Shown one piece after another: positions 16,125 through 39,372 of a stretch of DNA of 64,000 bases. The number at the start of each line of letters is the position of its first letter. Positions within the stretch are counted from its first letter, which is position 1. A model generated the notes under the pieces. That model was not told the DNA's origin and searched no databases. It worked only from the letters and a program-made list of their open reading frames with translations. Made by a program: the position numbers and the translations under genes. Origin of the DNA: the human T2T-CHM13v2.0 reference genome, Homo sapiens; NCBI RefSeq assembly GCF_009914755.1, contig NC_060934.1. The stretch is one strand, 5' to 3'.

Positions 16125-16542
16125 TTACCCAGGCTGAAGTGCAATGGAGTAATCATGGCTCACTGCAGCCTTGAGCTCCTGAGCTCAAGCAATCCTCTCA
16201 CCTCAGCCTCCCAAGTAGCTGGGACTACAGGTGTGCCCCACCATGTCACAGTAATTTAAAATTTTTTTGTACAGATAAGGGCTTGCTATGTTGCCCAGGC
16301 TAATCTTAAACTCCTGGCCTCAAGCGATCCTCCTACCTCAACTCAAGCCTCCCACAGCACTGGGATTACAGGCACGAACCAATGCACCCAGCCACAATTT
16401 TTCTTTTGAAAACACAACATGTCTTTTACTGAGCTTTATTTTTTTCGTTTTATAAAATAGAAGAGTTTCCTAACGCTGCTTAAGGATGGGATCAATACCT
16501 TTTAGCCCAATTCCCTATAAATCTTTATTATTTATTAACTGA

Positions 16543-16635
<93 letters not shown>

Positions 16636-16814
16636 TGATCCTTCCACCTCAGCCCCCTAAGTAGCTGGGACTACAGGTGTGCACCAGCCCACCTGGCTAA
16701 GTTTTTTATTTTTTCTACAGTCTCTCTATGTTGTCTAAGCTGGTCTTGAACTCCTGGGGGCTTCCACCTCAGGCTCCCCACTCAGGCTCCCCAACCATGA
16801 TAGATGTTTTTTCA

Positions 16815-17150
<336 letters not shown>

Positions 17151-17264
17151 TCAAAAAAAAAAAAAAAAAAGGCCAGGCGTGGTGGCTCACGCCTGTAATC
17201 CCAGCACTTTGGGAGGCCAAGGCGGGTGGATCACGAGGTCAGGAGATCGAGACCATCCTGGCTA

Positions 17265-17465
<201 letters not shown>

Positions 17466-17541
17466 TCAATTAACAAGAACAAGCAATTTCTGCAAGTCCT
17501 ACTTAATTCAACTTTGACTGTATAAATCTTAAAAGACTTAC

Positions 17542-18027
<486 letters not shown>

Positions 18028-18188
18028 TGATAAAAGGCCTCCTACAAGGAACTAAAGTGGGCAGTTCATTTAAGAAATTCATAAAATCTGGTATTTTTCC
18101 TCCAACAGTAGTACAGATCAATTCTTACGATACTACAGTTACTAGAAATACAAGTTTACTAAAAAAACAAGAACTGCAGCATTTTCTA

Positions 18189-18431
<243 letters not shown>

Positions 18432-19226
18432 TTATAGCCCGGTCTCTAAATAAATAATACAAACTTAAAAGTAAAATTTAAAAAAAATTTTTTTAAAGGC
18501 ATATACCAATGGCTATTAGTACTCAACTGCAACTTAAACTGTAACTTGCAGCTAATTAATTCCCAGTATAATCTTAAAACTTCTGGGTACTAATGTAGTA
18601 CTCAACTAAAATAAGGTTCTCGGCTCACAATACACACAAAGAAAGTTAAATAATTTAATCTAAAATTCTTCCTGAACAAGGAAGTGTGGGGAAAACTTCC
18701 TGTAAGTTGAATTTTGAGAAGCAACTAAGAGACTAAAATATTTTCAATGAAAGAAACCAGAGGGGCAAAAAGAAAGGAAAACGGGAAAAACTGTTAAGCT
18801 TTCTATGCTGACTACTTGAAATAAGAGCCCAGATGGGAGTGGGAGGAGTGCAAAAAGGGACAGATATGCATGGGCAGAAAAAGGGGACAAGTAGGAGGAA
18901 ATGAGAAGTGACTAAGGTAAAAGCAATGTAATTTGGTTTTTCTCCAGTTTTCATTTCAATACTATCCCTCTTTTAATATTGACAATGTAATGTTCATATA
19001 CTTCCAGTACTTAAAAATACATAAAAATCTTTTGCCTAGTCAGTTGTCATTTATTAGTTCCTAAAATTTCTCCAATTTAGGATCTTGAAAAATGTCTTCT
19101 AAAAAAAGATTCCTACTTTTACACACCAAAGGAGGAGGGAAGTGGAGAGAGAATGGGGCCCATGGTCCTTTATAAGTTATATATTCCAAGAAGACTAGTT
19201 AAATGTAAAGCCATTATATACAATAC

Positions 19227-19398
19227 CTGTGGGACAGAAGAGGAAAGTTTCTGGCTCTCCTAGGTACTGATAGATTTCATTTGTGATGGAGACTTGGGCA
19301 TGAGCAAAAGAACTGAATACCTCTTTGTCTGCTGCACACATATTATGGTCTATATCATCAAAAAGCAAAGCAAATGATCTGCACCCAAACTGAGAAAC
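19227..19398 (-). CDS. OGA: OGA exon 5 with catalytic D174/D175 ([18 protein letters not shown]...), 172 nt
   Basis: cctag|GTTTCT...ACAG|gtattg; LLFDDID motif falls at codons 174-175 by cumulative count. Confidence 0.96.
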
Positions 19399-19599
19399 CT
19401 AGGAGAAAAAAAAAAAAAAGAATCAAGAGTAAAAAAATTAAGAATTCCAAACATTACAGCGTTAACAGTTATACTTAAAATCCAGTATTTTCCTTACTAG
19501 AATGTTCAAAGACAGATTTATTGTTTTTACATTTTCAATTAAAAAATCGTAAGTTAAATAGTTTTGGGACCCATTTCTCATTTGGGTTTGAATGCACTA

Positions 19600-19823
19600 C
19601 AGGCTGAGTATTCCTTATCTGAAATGCTTGGGACCAAAAATGTTTTGGATTTTCATTTTTGTTTTTTCCTGGATTTTGGAATATCTGTATTATATTCAGC
19701 ATCCCTAACCTGAAAATCCAAAATCTGAAATGCTCCAATGAGCATTTCCTTTGAATTTTATGGAGCTCAAAGAGTTTCATATTTTGGAACATTTCAGATT
19801 TCTGAATTAGGGATACTCAACTT
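19600..19823. mobile_element. Tigger4a/MER46-like (TcMar) MITE
   Basis: Terminal inverted repeats caggctgagtattcc / gggatactcaac with flanking TA. Confidence 0.75.
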
Positions 19824-20103
19824 ATATGACAATATGATCCAACAAAGTGGCCTAGCCTCCTAGTCCTCATGGGCTGCTGCTGATTGTAGAAGACCCAACA
19901 AAGTCAGAAAAATACAGAAACATGAGTAAGTAACCTTAAGACATGAAAAAGCCAGGCTGTGTCCTAGTCCCAAAAGGCACACTGATCCCTTTGCAGATAA
20001 ACCTAACCAGGTATGAATCAGAAAGAATAGAATTTTATCAAATAGTAAAATAACTTCATTCATGAAAATTTCAACTGCCTTAAATTTTTTACCAGACATT
20101 TTA

Positions 20104-20493
<390 letters not shown>

Positions 20494-21097
20494 CTACATT
20501 GGACCAAAGGAAGTCTGCAGCTTTTACATTAAGCAGACTTTACACTCAATTAGGTTCACCTAGTCTGTTTTTCTTCTCATCTTGGGAAACTAGCCATTTC
20601 CAGACATCTCTTCGTCCATATAATTGAAGAAACTAATGTCTAATAGGTAAAACCCTGTTTCTGTAATCTCAGGTGTAAATTCAAGCCAAGCAGCCTAGGG
20701 TATATATAATTTCTCAAAATGTGGTTCTTGACCACCAATCACCTAGATTCCCGGTCCCCACCTTATCCATTTGGGAAATAAAGTCCAGCAGTCAGCATTC
20801 TTCCAAGCTTCACTTCTAATCATTCTTTTAAGGCAGTTCTTATGCAAACTGAAATTTGAGAAGAACTAGTACCTCCAGTAAAGCTCTTTTTACTTAATTT
20901 GGAAAATATTCCTCTATCAGAAGGATTCAAGGCTGGGTGCACTGGCGCACGACTGTAATCCCGGCACTCTGGGAGGCTGAAGTGGGTGAATCACCTAAAG
21001 TCAGGAGTTCGAGACCAGCCTGGCCAACGTGGCAAAACCCTGTCTCTACTAAAAATATAAAAATTAGCCAGGCATGGTGGTGTGCCTGTAACAGCTA

Positions 21098-21676
<579 letters not shown>

Positions 21677-21680
21677 TTAC

Positions 21681-21811
21681 CTGGTCCAATTTACGTTTCA
21701 ATGTGGATACTTCCTTGGGGTTAGAAAAAGTGATATCCAATCCAGGTGAGATCGCATAGATGAACTCTATCTCATATTCTCGTGCAGCAGAGATGAGAGT
21801 CATAAGTTGCT
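21681..21811 (-). CDS. OGA: OGA exon 4 ([43 protein letters not shown]), 131 nt
   Basis: Lies in ORF 21453..21803; tttag|AGC...CCAG|gtaact; cumulative CDS 480. Confidence 0.96.
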
Positions 21812-22699
21812 CTAAAGAACAGAGTCTATGTTTTTAGAAAGCAGAACAGAAAACTAAAAGAACCTTCACTGAAGGTTTAACTGAAGAGGTTATTTCTTCT
21901 AACTTACAAGAAAGGAAAAGATCCTCACATTTTACAAATTGTCATGTCCAACTTAACAACAGGCCATACAAAATGGTACAAGCCTGAAGTGATTTAATGT
22001 CACAGTAAGGGAAAAAGAATAGTTTTCACACCTTTGAAATCTGAACCAACAGAAAATAAGAGGCCCTTCTTTTTCACTTCCAAATAGTTTCTTATCCTTT
22101 TGGGGAAACAGGCTAAAATCAATAAACATTTTCCTCCCTTTCATTGCCACTTCTCAAAAACACTGAATTGTCAATTCTCTTACTGAACTTAAGCCATTTC
22201 TATTTCCTGCAGCATTTGAAAGGCATAAAATGCAGCCGCTGCTTTTTTATTTTGAGAGCCTTGCTCTGTTGCCCAAGGCTGGAGTGCAGTGGCACGATCC
22301 TGACTCACTGCAACCTCCACCTCCTGAGTAGGTGGGATTACAGGCATACCCGGCTAATTTTTGTTTAGTAGAGATGAGGGTTTTGCCATATTGCCCAGGC
22401 TGGTCTCGAACTCCTGGCCTCAAGTGATCCGCCTGCCTTAGCCTCTTACAGTGTTGGGATTGCAGGCATGAGCCATGGTACTGGATCTTGCTTTTTTTTT
22501 TTGTTTTGCCATCTCTGAACAGCTGGAATTCCTAACTAAATAAACCTACACATAACTACTTTATAATATGAAAGAAAGAAAATGCTTTCTTAAGAATCAG
22601 GGTAGGCCAGGCCCAATGGCTCATGCCTGTAACCCCAGGACTTTGGGAGGCCAGGCAGGAGGACTGCCTGAGGTCAGGAGTTTGAGACCAGCCTGGTCA

Positions 22700-23131
<432 letters not shown>

Positions 23132-23994
23132 TCAAAATTGCAGTGAGTCACTGCACTCCAGCCTGGGTAACAAAGTGACAAACGCTGTCTCCAAAAAAAG
23201 AAAAAGAAAAAGAACCAGAGTTAAGTCATGGCCTTAACAATCTTGACCTGTTTCTATCTATGGGAAAAACATTAATTATAGATTTTAACCTTTTAAAATT
23301 ATCAATTGACAATTTTCCTAAATCAACTTAACTACTACTAGTATATACTATAAGACATATTTTTGAATAATTTTCAGTAGTATCTCAAGATAGTCATTTT
23401 TACTCTATTTTGATTATTGATCACATTAAGTTTCATTACCAGCACCACCAGAAAGTAATTAAGTTGAAGGCACACTTAAATAGAGTAGTAAACCACAACA
23501 CTAGATGGAGATGGGGTAAGCTGTAATTGCTTCTTTGTAATTCAAGAAAACTTTCAGCCTTCTGTGCCTTGGCTGGGCTCTGTAACCAAATATCTTGTTA
23601 GCTATATGCGTATACCATTTAATTTCAAGTACAAAAATGTTTCACCATTTACAAGTTCCCAAAGAAAAGCACCTCTCTAATTTGGCGGTTCAATGCTATA
23701 CTACTTTTTATCAATTTTATGTAACCAACTCAACGTTAAGTATACCCATAGCAGGCCGGCCGGGCACAGGAGCTCAAGCCTGTAATCCCAGCACTTTGGG
23801 AGGCTGAGGCAGCAGAATCTCTTGAACTCGGGAGGGCGAGGTTTGCAGTTAGCCGAGATCGCACCACTGCACTCCAGCCTGGGGGACAGAGCAAGACTCT
23901 GTCTCAAAAAACAAAACAAAACAAAACAAAACCCAAAGACAGCCTATTAATGGCTTCCCACTTTCCTGGACTAGGGTTTAAGGACCAGTAACTG

Positions 23995-24230
23995 CTGACA
24001 AGGCCAAGCCATACTAGAGCCTGAAGCAAAAGGAACAATCAGTAGTGCTGATCCTGTCTTTACCTAAAATTTTAGCATTGTGTACATCATGAATTTCTGC
24101 ATTAATTTTGGTTTTTTAAAAAAATTGCATAAAATATTATTTATGTTGATTACTTTTTGGGGGTCCCTTAAAATTTGCACCCAAGGTACGTGCCTCACTT
24201 GCCTTGCCCTGGGCCTAGCCCAGCTCCAGC
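23995..24230. mobile_element. Old DNA-transposon fragment (MER96-like)
   Basis: cccttaaaatttgcacccaagg...tgcctcacttgcc resembles this family; name from memory. Confidence 0.45.
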
Positions 24231-24527
24231 ACTTCTTTGCCCAGTGGCCCACTGTTTAATCCACTGGCAGAAGTAAGCAGCACAATCTATGACCACAGAA
24301 CAGATGGAGTCAGCCTAGCACGCCCATGATATCACACATATGGTCATGACCTTGCTAGCGCAGAGCACTCTTTCAATCTCAGCTAACTGAATAGTTACCA
24401 GATAGAAGAAAAGGAAACTACCTACAAAATAAAAATAAAATGTCATAAAATTCTTGTACAACTACATTTAAAATATAACCGTTTTCTTCACAGATTTTGA
24501 ATTTATGGATAAAAAGAAAAAGATTAC

Positions 24528-24625
24528 CAGCTTCCTCCACTGAATACATCTCTCGCCAAAACATCCTATGTTTGTAGTCATCTTTTGGGGCATACAAGTA
24601 TGTATTTAATTCCCATTTCTGGAGC
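24528..24625 (-). CDS. OGA: OGA exon 3 ([32 protein letters not shown]), 98 nt
   Basis: ttaag|GCTCC...GCTG|gtaatc; GH84 YAPKDD motif. Confidence 0.96.
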
Positions 24626-25052
24626 CTTAAGGAGAAAGAAAATTACATATGTATAAACAGGCAACATTCATAGGCTGTCAATCTCCATTTCCCTCTTCTT
24701 GGAGCATCTCCATCTCATACAAAGCTAATATTCTATGACAGTAGCTTTTAACCTTTTTGTAATCAGTGGAATTTAAAAAAATTAAGTATTACAATGTATG
24801 CCAACATACAAAACACTCTTAAAAAACACAACAGCTCTGGGTAAGGTGAAGCCCAAAACTTATTCAGCTCCCCAGGAAAAGTTTGAAAATCAAAGGCCTA
24901 GGTGAAGAAAAAAGGGACCAAGGTAAAATAACTTCTGCAATTGAGAAACCATCAAAATGCACTTGGGCTATTCACTGTTAGTATTTCTTCAAACAAAAGA
25001 AAATGTTAAGAGTTTAAGGTTCTCCTCTCTCCTTCATATAATGAAGATTTAC

Positions 25053-25104
25053 CTTCTAAAGAGTTCTTTTCTCTGTTCCATAACCCAAGGTCTTCCATAA
25101 AATC
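25053..25104 (-). CDS. OGA: OGA exon 2 (GFYGRPWVMEQRKELFR), 52 nt
   Basis: ctag|GATTTTATGG...AGAAG|gtaaat; completes the GH84 motif GVVEGFYG; phase matches exon 1. Confidence 0.96.
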
Positions 25105-26683
25105 CTAGATTCAAAGTAAGAATGAAATTATATTCAGTTTTAAAATGTGGTAAGCTTTATTGAGAAAAGCAAGTTACAAAACATATAATACAATCCTATT
25201 TTGTAAAAAGCATAAAATACACCAAATCGGAAGGATATTTAATAAAATACTAAGGTTCCTTTAATCTTTGGGTGGTGACGTTACAAGGTGACTTTTATTC
25301 CATTTTTGCTTAGGTAATTTTTTTTATTTTTTCTACCATGACATTAGTTACTTAGGTGATAGTTATTTTAAAACAAACATCTATCATCTTTCCACTGTTG
25401 ATAAAGTCCAAATATATTTAATTCCAATTTTTTAAGAGATCTCAATCTTATAATGGGGAACGGCAGCAATGTAATACAAGCTGCCAACAGTAACAATTAC
25501 TTCCTAGAATGATAGTAAAACTGCTTTAGAAAGGGTGAGGGGAGGCCGGGTGAGGTGACCCACGCCTGTAATCCCAGCACTTTGGGAGGCTGAGGCAGGT
25601 AGATCACTTGAGGTCAGGAGTTCCAGACCCAGCCTGGCCAACATGGTGAAACCATGTCTCTACTAAAAATACAAAAATTAGCCAGGTATGGTGGCAAATG
25701 CCTGTAATCCCAGCTATTTGGGAGGCTGAGAAACAACAATCACTTGAACCTGGGAGACGGACTTGCAGTGAGCCGAGACTGCGTCACTGCACTACAGCCT
25801 GGGCTACAGAGCAAGACTCCATCTCAAACAACAACAACAAAAGGGTGAGGGGAGATAAACAGGTAAAGCAATTAAAAACAAATCAGAGATAGGATTAGGA
25901 AAGAATCTGACTTAATTTTATGATCGTGCTCCTCTTTTTTAAAAAAAGTTCCTGGCCAGGACTGGAATTCCAGTTACTTGGGAGGCTAGGGCAGGAGAAC
26001 TGCTTGAATCCAGGAGGCGGAGGCTGCGGTGAGCCAAGATCCGCGCCATTGCATTCCAGCCTAGGTGACAGAGCAAAACTCTCTCTCTCAAAAAAAGTTC
26101 CACATACAATGATATAATCAAAGGGACCAAAAAATGCCTGAAACCACATTCCCAAGAAATTCAACAGCCTAACTGGCCCAAACAACAAACTCTCACGCAA
26201 TCTTAATTACAGAGCAAAGATCTGAACAAATGAAAATTCAAGAATATTACTTCTGGTCCTTAAACGGAAAGGAATAAACAAAGAAAACTCAAGAATGTCC
26301 CCAGAGTATCCTCTAAGAGGACAAAACACTAGTTATGCACACACTGCAGAAAACAAACTCGCAGACCGATAACCTAAATGGTTGAATAAGCATCAAACTG
26401 GTATCTGGAACTCCCTAGTGTGCTCATCACAGCTCAAACCACACACTTTACATCTTGTCTAACCTTTACTTTCCACTTGTCTCAGTCTAATCATCAGTAA
26501 GAGATAAGGACAGCCTCTCAAGAGTACCATGAAGAAGGTTAATAAAAGCATTCTGAACACAAAATGTTCTACATAAACCCACACAATCTACATAAGAGAC
26601 TAGTCTAAAACAAATTTCTGCAATGTATTTTAGCTCCAATCTCTAGGCAGAATGACTCCTCTGCACCACAAAAAGGACAATGA

Positions 26684-26996
<313 letters not shown>

Positions 26997-26998
26997 TA

Positions 26999-27109
<111 letters not shown>

Positions 27110-27426
27110 CTATACAAGTCTTTAGCATCCCTACGGCACTTAGCATTATCATTTTTTTTTTAAGGAGTAGGCATTAAACATCCTTTCAGAGTTGCTCCAA
27201 TATAAAAAAAGACTTTTCAAATGTCTAGCTTAATTAAACATTTTAATCTTTAGAAACCCTACCTTGGCTCTTTTGAGAGTCAGGTTCATGGTTTCGGTTG
27301 ACTGGCACCACAAAGAGGAAGCAATGCTGTTAATGTAAGTTAAAAACCAAGAGAGTTTTGTGATGGAAAGAAAACAAAAAAGAAATCCTAGCAGTAACTA
27401 TAGTATTTCTATGCTCATTCATTTTA

Positions 27427-27801
<375 letters not shown>

Positions 27802-29099
27802 TCAGTCACTAAGAAAATATACAAGGGCACGGGAGGGAGGAGGAATAAACGAGAGAATGGCAGACAACTCTGTTCTTTAAATAGGAAGAATCGCCTTTTA
27901 ATGCTATTCTAAACAAACGAATTTAAACCAAATGAGTTTTCTCCTTTTATAACTGAAGGTATAATGGACTGGCAAGTTTCCTTAGACTCATTCCAGTCTA
28001 GCTCCGAAATTTCCCAGCACTCTCTCATCCCCACTCCAAGATCTTTGATAACAAAAACCAGATTCTTTTTCTAAAATCTCCCTGCACTCAAGCCAATAAA
28101 TACAACGATATAAGTCACACAATGCAATCATTTTTGATGAATACTATATAGCAGTTTTCCATTCTGTAATCCCCCAAATTCTGCAAGACAGTTAACTTCG
28201 CTGAACTCTTTCATGCCTTACTGTAGCAGCAAAGTAGCCTGTTATGGTCTGTACCATAACCACCACCCATTTTTCGAAAGAATACTCTAATTTATATGGT
28301 GAAAAAAAACAGAAAAGCTGATGTTCTCAACGTCGAGAGCAATCCTTTTTCCATACCTTTTTGGTTTTTTAAATATATATATTTTTTACCCTTATCCACG
28401 CCATTACATACGAGAGAGATATAAAACAGACATCTAGGAAACTCTGAATCGGCCAAAATACTTCAGAAAATTCAAATACATGCTGTAACTGCGGAAAGAC
28501 TAATAATGTAACCGATTCGTGCCTCTACAGAGCTGCAAGGTGGACTATCTGTCCATTCTCATCCAGAAACTGAAACAAGCATCTGGTAATTTTCCCTCAC
28601 TACCAAAAAGTCCATCGTTCTTTTCGACTGTAAATGGGAAAAAAGGCGAGAAGGGCATTTTTAAAGCCGCTTCTGCGGTCACTAAATTCCAATTACGCAT
28701 CTCAGATACTTCGAGAATCTGTGATTAAAGCCAAAGTTTCATCCCTCGAGAGCAAAGTACAGTAGCTGGGAAAGAGGGCAATTTTCTAAGTTGCAAATGA
28801 ATCTTTGCGGGGGTGGGGGGAAGCAACAAAAATATTCTAAGCCAAGTGGAACTTGAAATACTATAGGCCAAACGTGCTTCTCTTCACTCCAGAAGTACAA
28901 GCACGTCAGTGTGGGCCGATTTTCCACAAAGGGTGGTGACAGAAGCACTACACATATTTTTTCACTGGAACCAGACAACCCTAGGGAATAAGATCCCAAG
29001 GTACAAAGAAGTAGAACTCAGAGGCTAACAGAACACCAGGCTCTTAACCACCGCCTCCTTAGGAGGTGGCCTGGCTCCAAGCCCAAGACGGGTGGGGTC

Positions 29100-30270
29100 A
29101 GACTTGTGAGTGGCCAGGGGGGAATTCGACGCCGTCTTAAGACGTGCAAGGAGATTCGCCCAACATCTCGTCTCTCCCCTCGCTTTAGGAGGGCCACATT
29201 TCAGACCCAGAGGCTTTCCAGCCTTTTAGAGTCTCCAAAATCCCCGCCACCACCCTCCTCCCGAGGACAGAACGTGTTAGTGCCAAAACGGGGAGGGAAG
29301 GAGGGCGCTCACCTTCCACCACACCGCAGAGGAACCGCCGAGCCCCTCCTGCAGCCCCGGCCACCGCCGCTCCCCCAGCCCCGGCGGGGTTGTCTTCTCC
29401 GGGTGCCGGAGCTGCCGGCGGCTCCAGCGATGCCCCCGCAGAGGCGGCAGGGTTGGAGCTGAGCTCGCTCTCCCGCTCCTCCAACGTCGCTTGACTCTCC
29501 TTCTGCACCATCCTCCTGCCCCCGGCCGCTGCCACCTCTGCGGGTCCTCCTCGACCTCTGTCCGTTGGGGCACCGGCCCGGAGCCCTGGAGAGGGCTTCA
29601 GCTCCAAGTGTGCGCCCCTCCGGCTCCTTCCCCTCCCCCTCTGCCCTTCCCCCTCCCTCTCCGCAGGGACCCGAATGCCCGGATGAGAAGGGCGGCGGCA
29701 CCGGCGCGAGCCCTTTGTCAGCCGCAGCCTCGGCTTTAAGCTGGGGCGCCAGAAGCCTAAGCGGAGAGCGAGGCTGTGACCTCTCGTTCCCTGGAAGAAG
29801 ACGGCCAAGGGTCCTGTCCTCGTTCTCTGCCTCTGCTGCCCTCCCGATAATCTTAGGTCTTCCGCTGTTTCCCCTCCAAGCCCCGAGCTCTCCCTCTGCT
29901 GCTGCCTCCACCGCCCGCTTCCTGTTTATCCGCACTGCGCTTGCGCTGCAGACCGGCTCAGACCGGTCCCCTCCGCCCGGCTCCCCCGCCTTCTTTGGGG
30001 CTAGCCTATTAAGCTTCTTTAGGTAGGGGGAAATAGAACAGGAGACGCGAAAAGCAGAAGGTAATGAAGGCAGTGGAATGTACCATTTCTGCTTGCCACC
30101 CTCCGAAACAAGCCTGGCACCCTGGGACGGACGGACCATTACCCGCCCCGAAGGAGGGGAGTATGGGAGGAGGCTGCCGCCGGTTGGGGCAATAGGGAGA
30201 AGGGGGGAAGGTGAAAAGGAGAGGTGTTTATTCTCTCAGTGCGCAGGCGCGGAGCCGCGGCCTCTCGTTC
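29100..30270. promoter_or_regulatory. CpG island, OGA promoter and 5'UTR (probably bidirectional); NRF1-like TGCGCTTGCGC near 29936 and TGCGCAGGCGC near 30240
   Basis: High GC and CpG density around exon 1; motifs read directly; TSS cannot be fixed from sequence. Confidence 0.85.
29313..29511 (-). CDS. OGA: OGA exon 1 coding part ([14 protein letters not shown]...FLCGVVE), 199 nt
   Basis: Translation matches the O-GlcNAcase N-terminus; ATG at 29511; donor GAAG|gtgagc. Confidence 0.97.
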
Positions 30271-31127
30271 TTAAAGAGATAGGAAAGAACTGACCTACTT
30301 TCTATGGAGATTCTTGTAATAGGTGGGCTCATTACATCTGCCTAACCCAGGCTTGGTTCGGTAAAGACACCATTCCAAGGAGCTCAGCTCACCCCTCTGC
30401 CTTGAATCATTTTCCCCTAATCCCATTTAAAATGTAATCATTCGTTCATTCCTTCATTCAGTAGACATCTATAGAGCTTGCCTCGTGCTGGGCTCTAGAA
30501 CACTATGAGCTCACAGTACGGTGGTGGAGACAAGCCACCACACACGCAGTTCCCACAAGGTGTCCCCAAGAACTTCGGAGCTCAGAACAGGTGATACTCA
30601 CTCCTCCTTTGGGGAGAGGCCGTGGGCATGGCTTCACTTTTCAGCTGGATTATAAAGGATGTGAAGTTAGCCTGACTGAGCAGAAGGGGAGGGAAGACAG
30701 CACTCCAGGAAAGTGGAACGAACAACAGAGTCCAAAGGTAGGGAGGCATGAAAAGCCTGCCTTGTTTGGGAATGGGGAGCGCGCGGTGTGTGCAGTGGGG
30801 CATGAGATCCCTTCGGCCTCGGCATGGGCATCGCTTCCTTGGGAAGCCTTCCCTGAGCCCTAGATGGGTTTGGGTCTCCTTGCTGTATGTTCTCAGAGCT
30901 CTCTTGTAGACCTACCCTAATGCACTTTACATTTATGATGCTTGAGAAATCTATCTCAACCTGTGAGGTATAAACATGAAATGATGATTAAGACTTAGTA
31001 ATGTCCATCTTACACTTCAGTCTGATATTTACCTTCTTTAGCCGTAGCCCAACTTGTAGTTTCAGGGACTTTCATGGTCCCTCTTCTTTTCAGTCCTGGA
31101 TTGTTGAGATGGGGGTTAGGAGCAAAC

Positions 31128-37085
<5,958 letters not shown>

Positions 37086-37473
37086 ACTAAAGGGAGGCCC
37101 CTCAAAAGAAAGCACTTTGAGATTAACTAAAAAGTCTGTAAATTAGAAATCTGTGATTCAACTTGTAAGAATGTCAGCTAAAAAACAGCTTGCTTGGCAC
37201 AGTCTTCGGGACATCAGTGTCCTGTCCTTCCTTCCTTGTCTCCTCTCAGGCTGTGTGGGAGGGAGATTCATGTGGGGGCCTGAGGTTGGGTGGGTTTCCA
37301 ACCATTCCAGAGCCTGTGTCTCAGTCTCATGCCAAGGTATGGCCAACTATGGAAAAGAAAGCCACTTTCTTGGGGATCTAAAAGGCTGCAGGTGCATTCG
37401 TTAGGGGTTGTGTAGTATTTGTAGGTGGGAGGGACAAAAGGCAGAGACGGCAGCCTGTGCATAGCCATTGTGT

Positions 37474-37479
37474 TTTATT
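37474..37479 (-). terminator. KCNIP2 polyadenylation signal AATAAA (3'UTR about 37455-38836)
   Basis: TTTATT on the + strand about 1.36 kb after the stop. Confidence 0.8.
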
Positions 37480-38836
37480 AGATCTGGTATATTTCTTACT
37501 TTACAAAATATATAGAAGAGCCCAAAATGCAAAGCAGTCAACAGTCTTCTGATGGGGAAGGGGGCTCTCTGGGGGCTCTCCCCTCAGATTCTGGCCAACT
37601 GGGAGGGTAAGCTAAATGGGACGAGCAGGTGTGCTAAGGGGTGGCCGCATGGCTGGGGTGCTGACAATGGGGTTGGAACCTGGGTCCTATGGTCCCTGCC
37701 CTCTAGGTGTGCTAAGGGGCATCTCTGGGTAGATTGAGTCAAGCAAGAAGAGACCCTAGGGAACTGAGGAGGTTATCTGGGGTGGGGTGGGGAGAGCCCA
37801 GGTTGATTGAAGATTCTAGTGAATGCCCCCACACTGGGTTCAGATGCTATGCCTGCCTCCCTCCTTCCCTCTCCCTTCTAAGGCATCCACTGTGGGGAGT
37901 GATAGGCCCCAAGTTCAGGAAGGTCCCAAGTCTATAGAGAACATGGGAAACAAAAACTCAAGTCATAGCCCTCAAAACAGGGACGATAAGCAAGGAGGGT
38001 GGGATGAAATTTTGGCAGGCATCAGCCAGGACATCCCCCATCCACATTCCCCCACCACAACCACCACCAACACATGCAGGAAGGAAGGAGAGGAAGCAAT
38101 GCCAGAGATGAGCCAGATATCTGGCCCCAGGCTCTCCATGGATACCGAGGAGGGTGTGGAAAATTTCTGGGGCATTTCTAAGGAGACAAGGTCTTCTGCA
38201 AAGCCTGGAAACTTATATTTTGATGGCCTGTGGTAGCAGACCTGTGGAACTTGGAGCTATAACCTGGTATGCCTGAGCAATCATAATCTGTCCAGGCCCT
38301 TCTATTCTCAACCCCAGCCACCTCCTAGGACCTATCCATTGACTCAGGCCCAAGATTTCTCCCTATACATTCTTGTCCCCCTCCCACAGGGCTCTCAATG
38401 GCTGGTCTGAGAAGCCAGCCAGTGCCAAGAATGGAGCATTCTCTCTGAGAGGGGAGTCTTAGGGGAAATGTTTATGAGGTCAGGGATGGGGGAAGCACCA
38501 TAGCAGGAGACATCTGTCTAGTGTGTTTCTAGAGTAGGGGTAGGAGGTGGGGAACCGCTCAATTCCTACAGGAGGGGCACTCTCAACACTGGGTGTCAGG
38601 CAGGAAGGGGGTGAGAGCTGGTGGGAGTTGGGAACACCCCCCGAGATGCACTCTGCCCACTCTCTGGCCCCTTCAGCTCCAGAGATCTGGACTACTGAAT
38701 CCCCAAGCTCTTGGATCCCTCCAGCCCCCAGGGAGGCGTAGGATGAGGATAGACCTGGGAAGAGAAGGGTGAGGTCCGCCTGGACTAGGGTTAGAGCATG
38801 GTCCCCCCAGGAAACACTGACCCCCTCTCCTGGGGG

Positions 38837-38884
38837 CTAGATGACATTGTCAAAGAGCTGCATGGACCTCATGATGTTCTCATC
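38837..38884 (-). CDS. KCNIP2: KCNIP2 last coding segment (DENIMRSMQLFDNVI*)
   Basis: cacag|GAT...TAG; exons 1a-10 total 813 nt = 270 aa + stop. Confidence 0.96.
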   Translation of the reverse strand, partial: DENIMRSMQLFDNVI

Positions 38885-39172
38885 CTGTGGCCATGATGTG
38901 AGCGAGGCAGATTGAAGAGAGAGAAAGAGAAGGAGCTTATCAGAGACAGTGAGAGGGACACTGAGTCACAGACGGGGACATTCAAAAGCACAGAGGAAGG
39001 AGATGCCCAGAGAGACCTGAGGTAGGGAAGGGGTAAGCCTCCCACAAAGGAATAGGATTGAAATATGGGGGTGAGGTGGGAAGGTGGTATTCTTCCCAAA
39101 GAAGCTTTTCCCTGCATTACTAAATCAGGCCTGAGTCCAGGTCAGGGTAATGTAGAGGGCAGGGAGCTGTAC

Positions 39173-39235
39173 CTTTTGACAAGACTCAATGAATTCCTCA
39201 ATGGTCACCACACCATCCTTGTTTCTGTCCATCTT
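39173..39235 (-). CDS. KCNIP2: KCNIP2 exon 9 ([21 protein letters not shown]), EF4, 63 nt
   Basis: tgcag|AAG...AAG|gtacag. Confidence 0.96.
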
Positions 39236-39372
39236 CTGCAAGAAGGTGGTCAGGCAGGGAGAACAGGAGGGATGGCAAGAGAGAGGCAGACAGAAGTCAG
39301 GTGAGTTCCCTGCTGGTTCTTGGCCTTCTTCCCTTCACTCCAGGGCCCTCCAGCCTACCCACTCCCAAGTAC

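Noticed and set aside
29309-30139. 276-aa ATG ORF overlapping OGA exon 1 in another frame
   Set aside because: It lies in a GC-rich island, probably starts upstream of the TSS, would stop inside exon 2 if spliced, and has no recognisable domain
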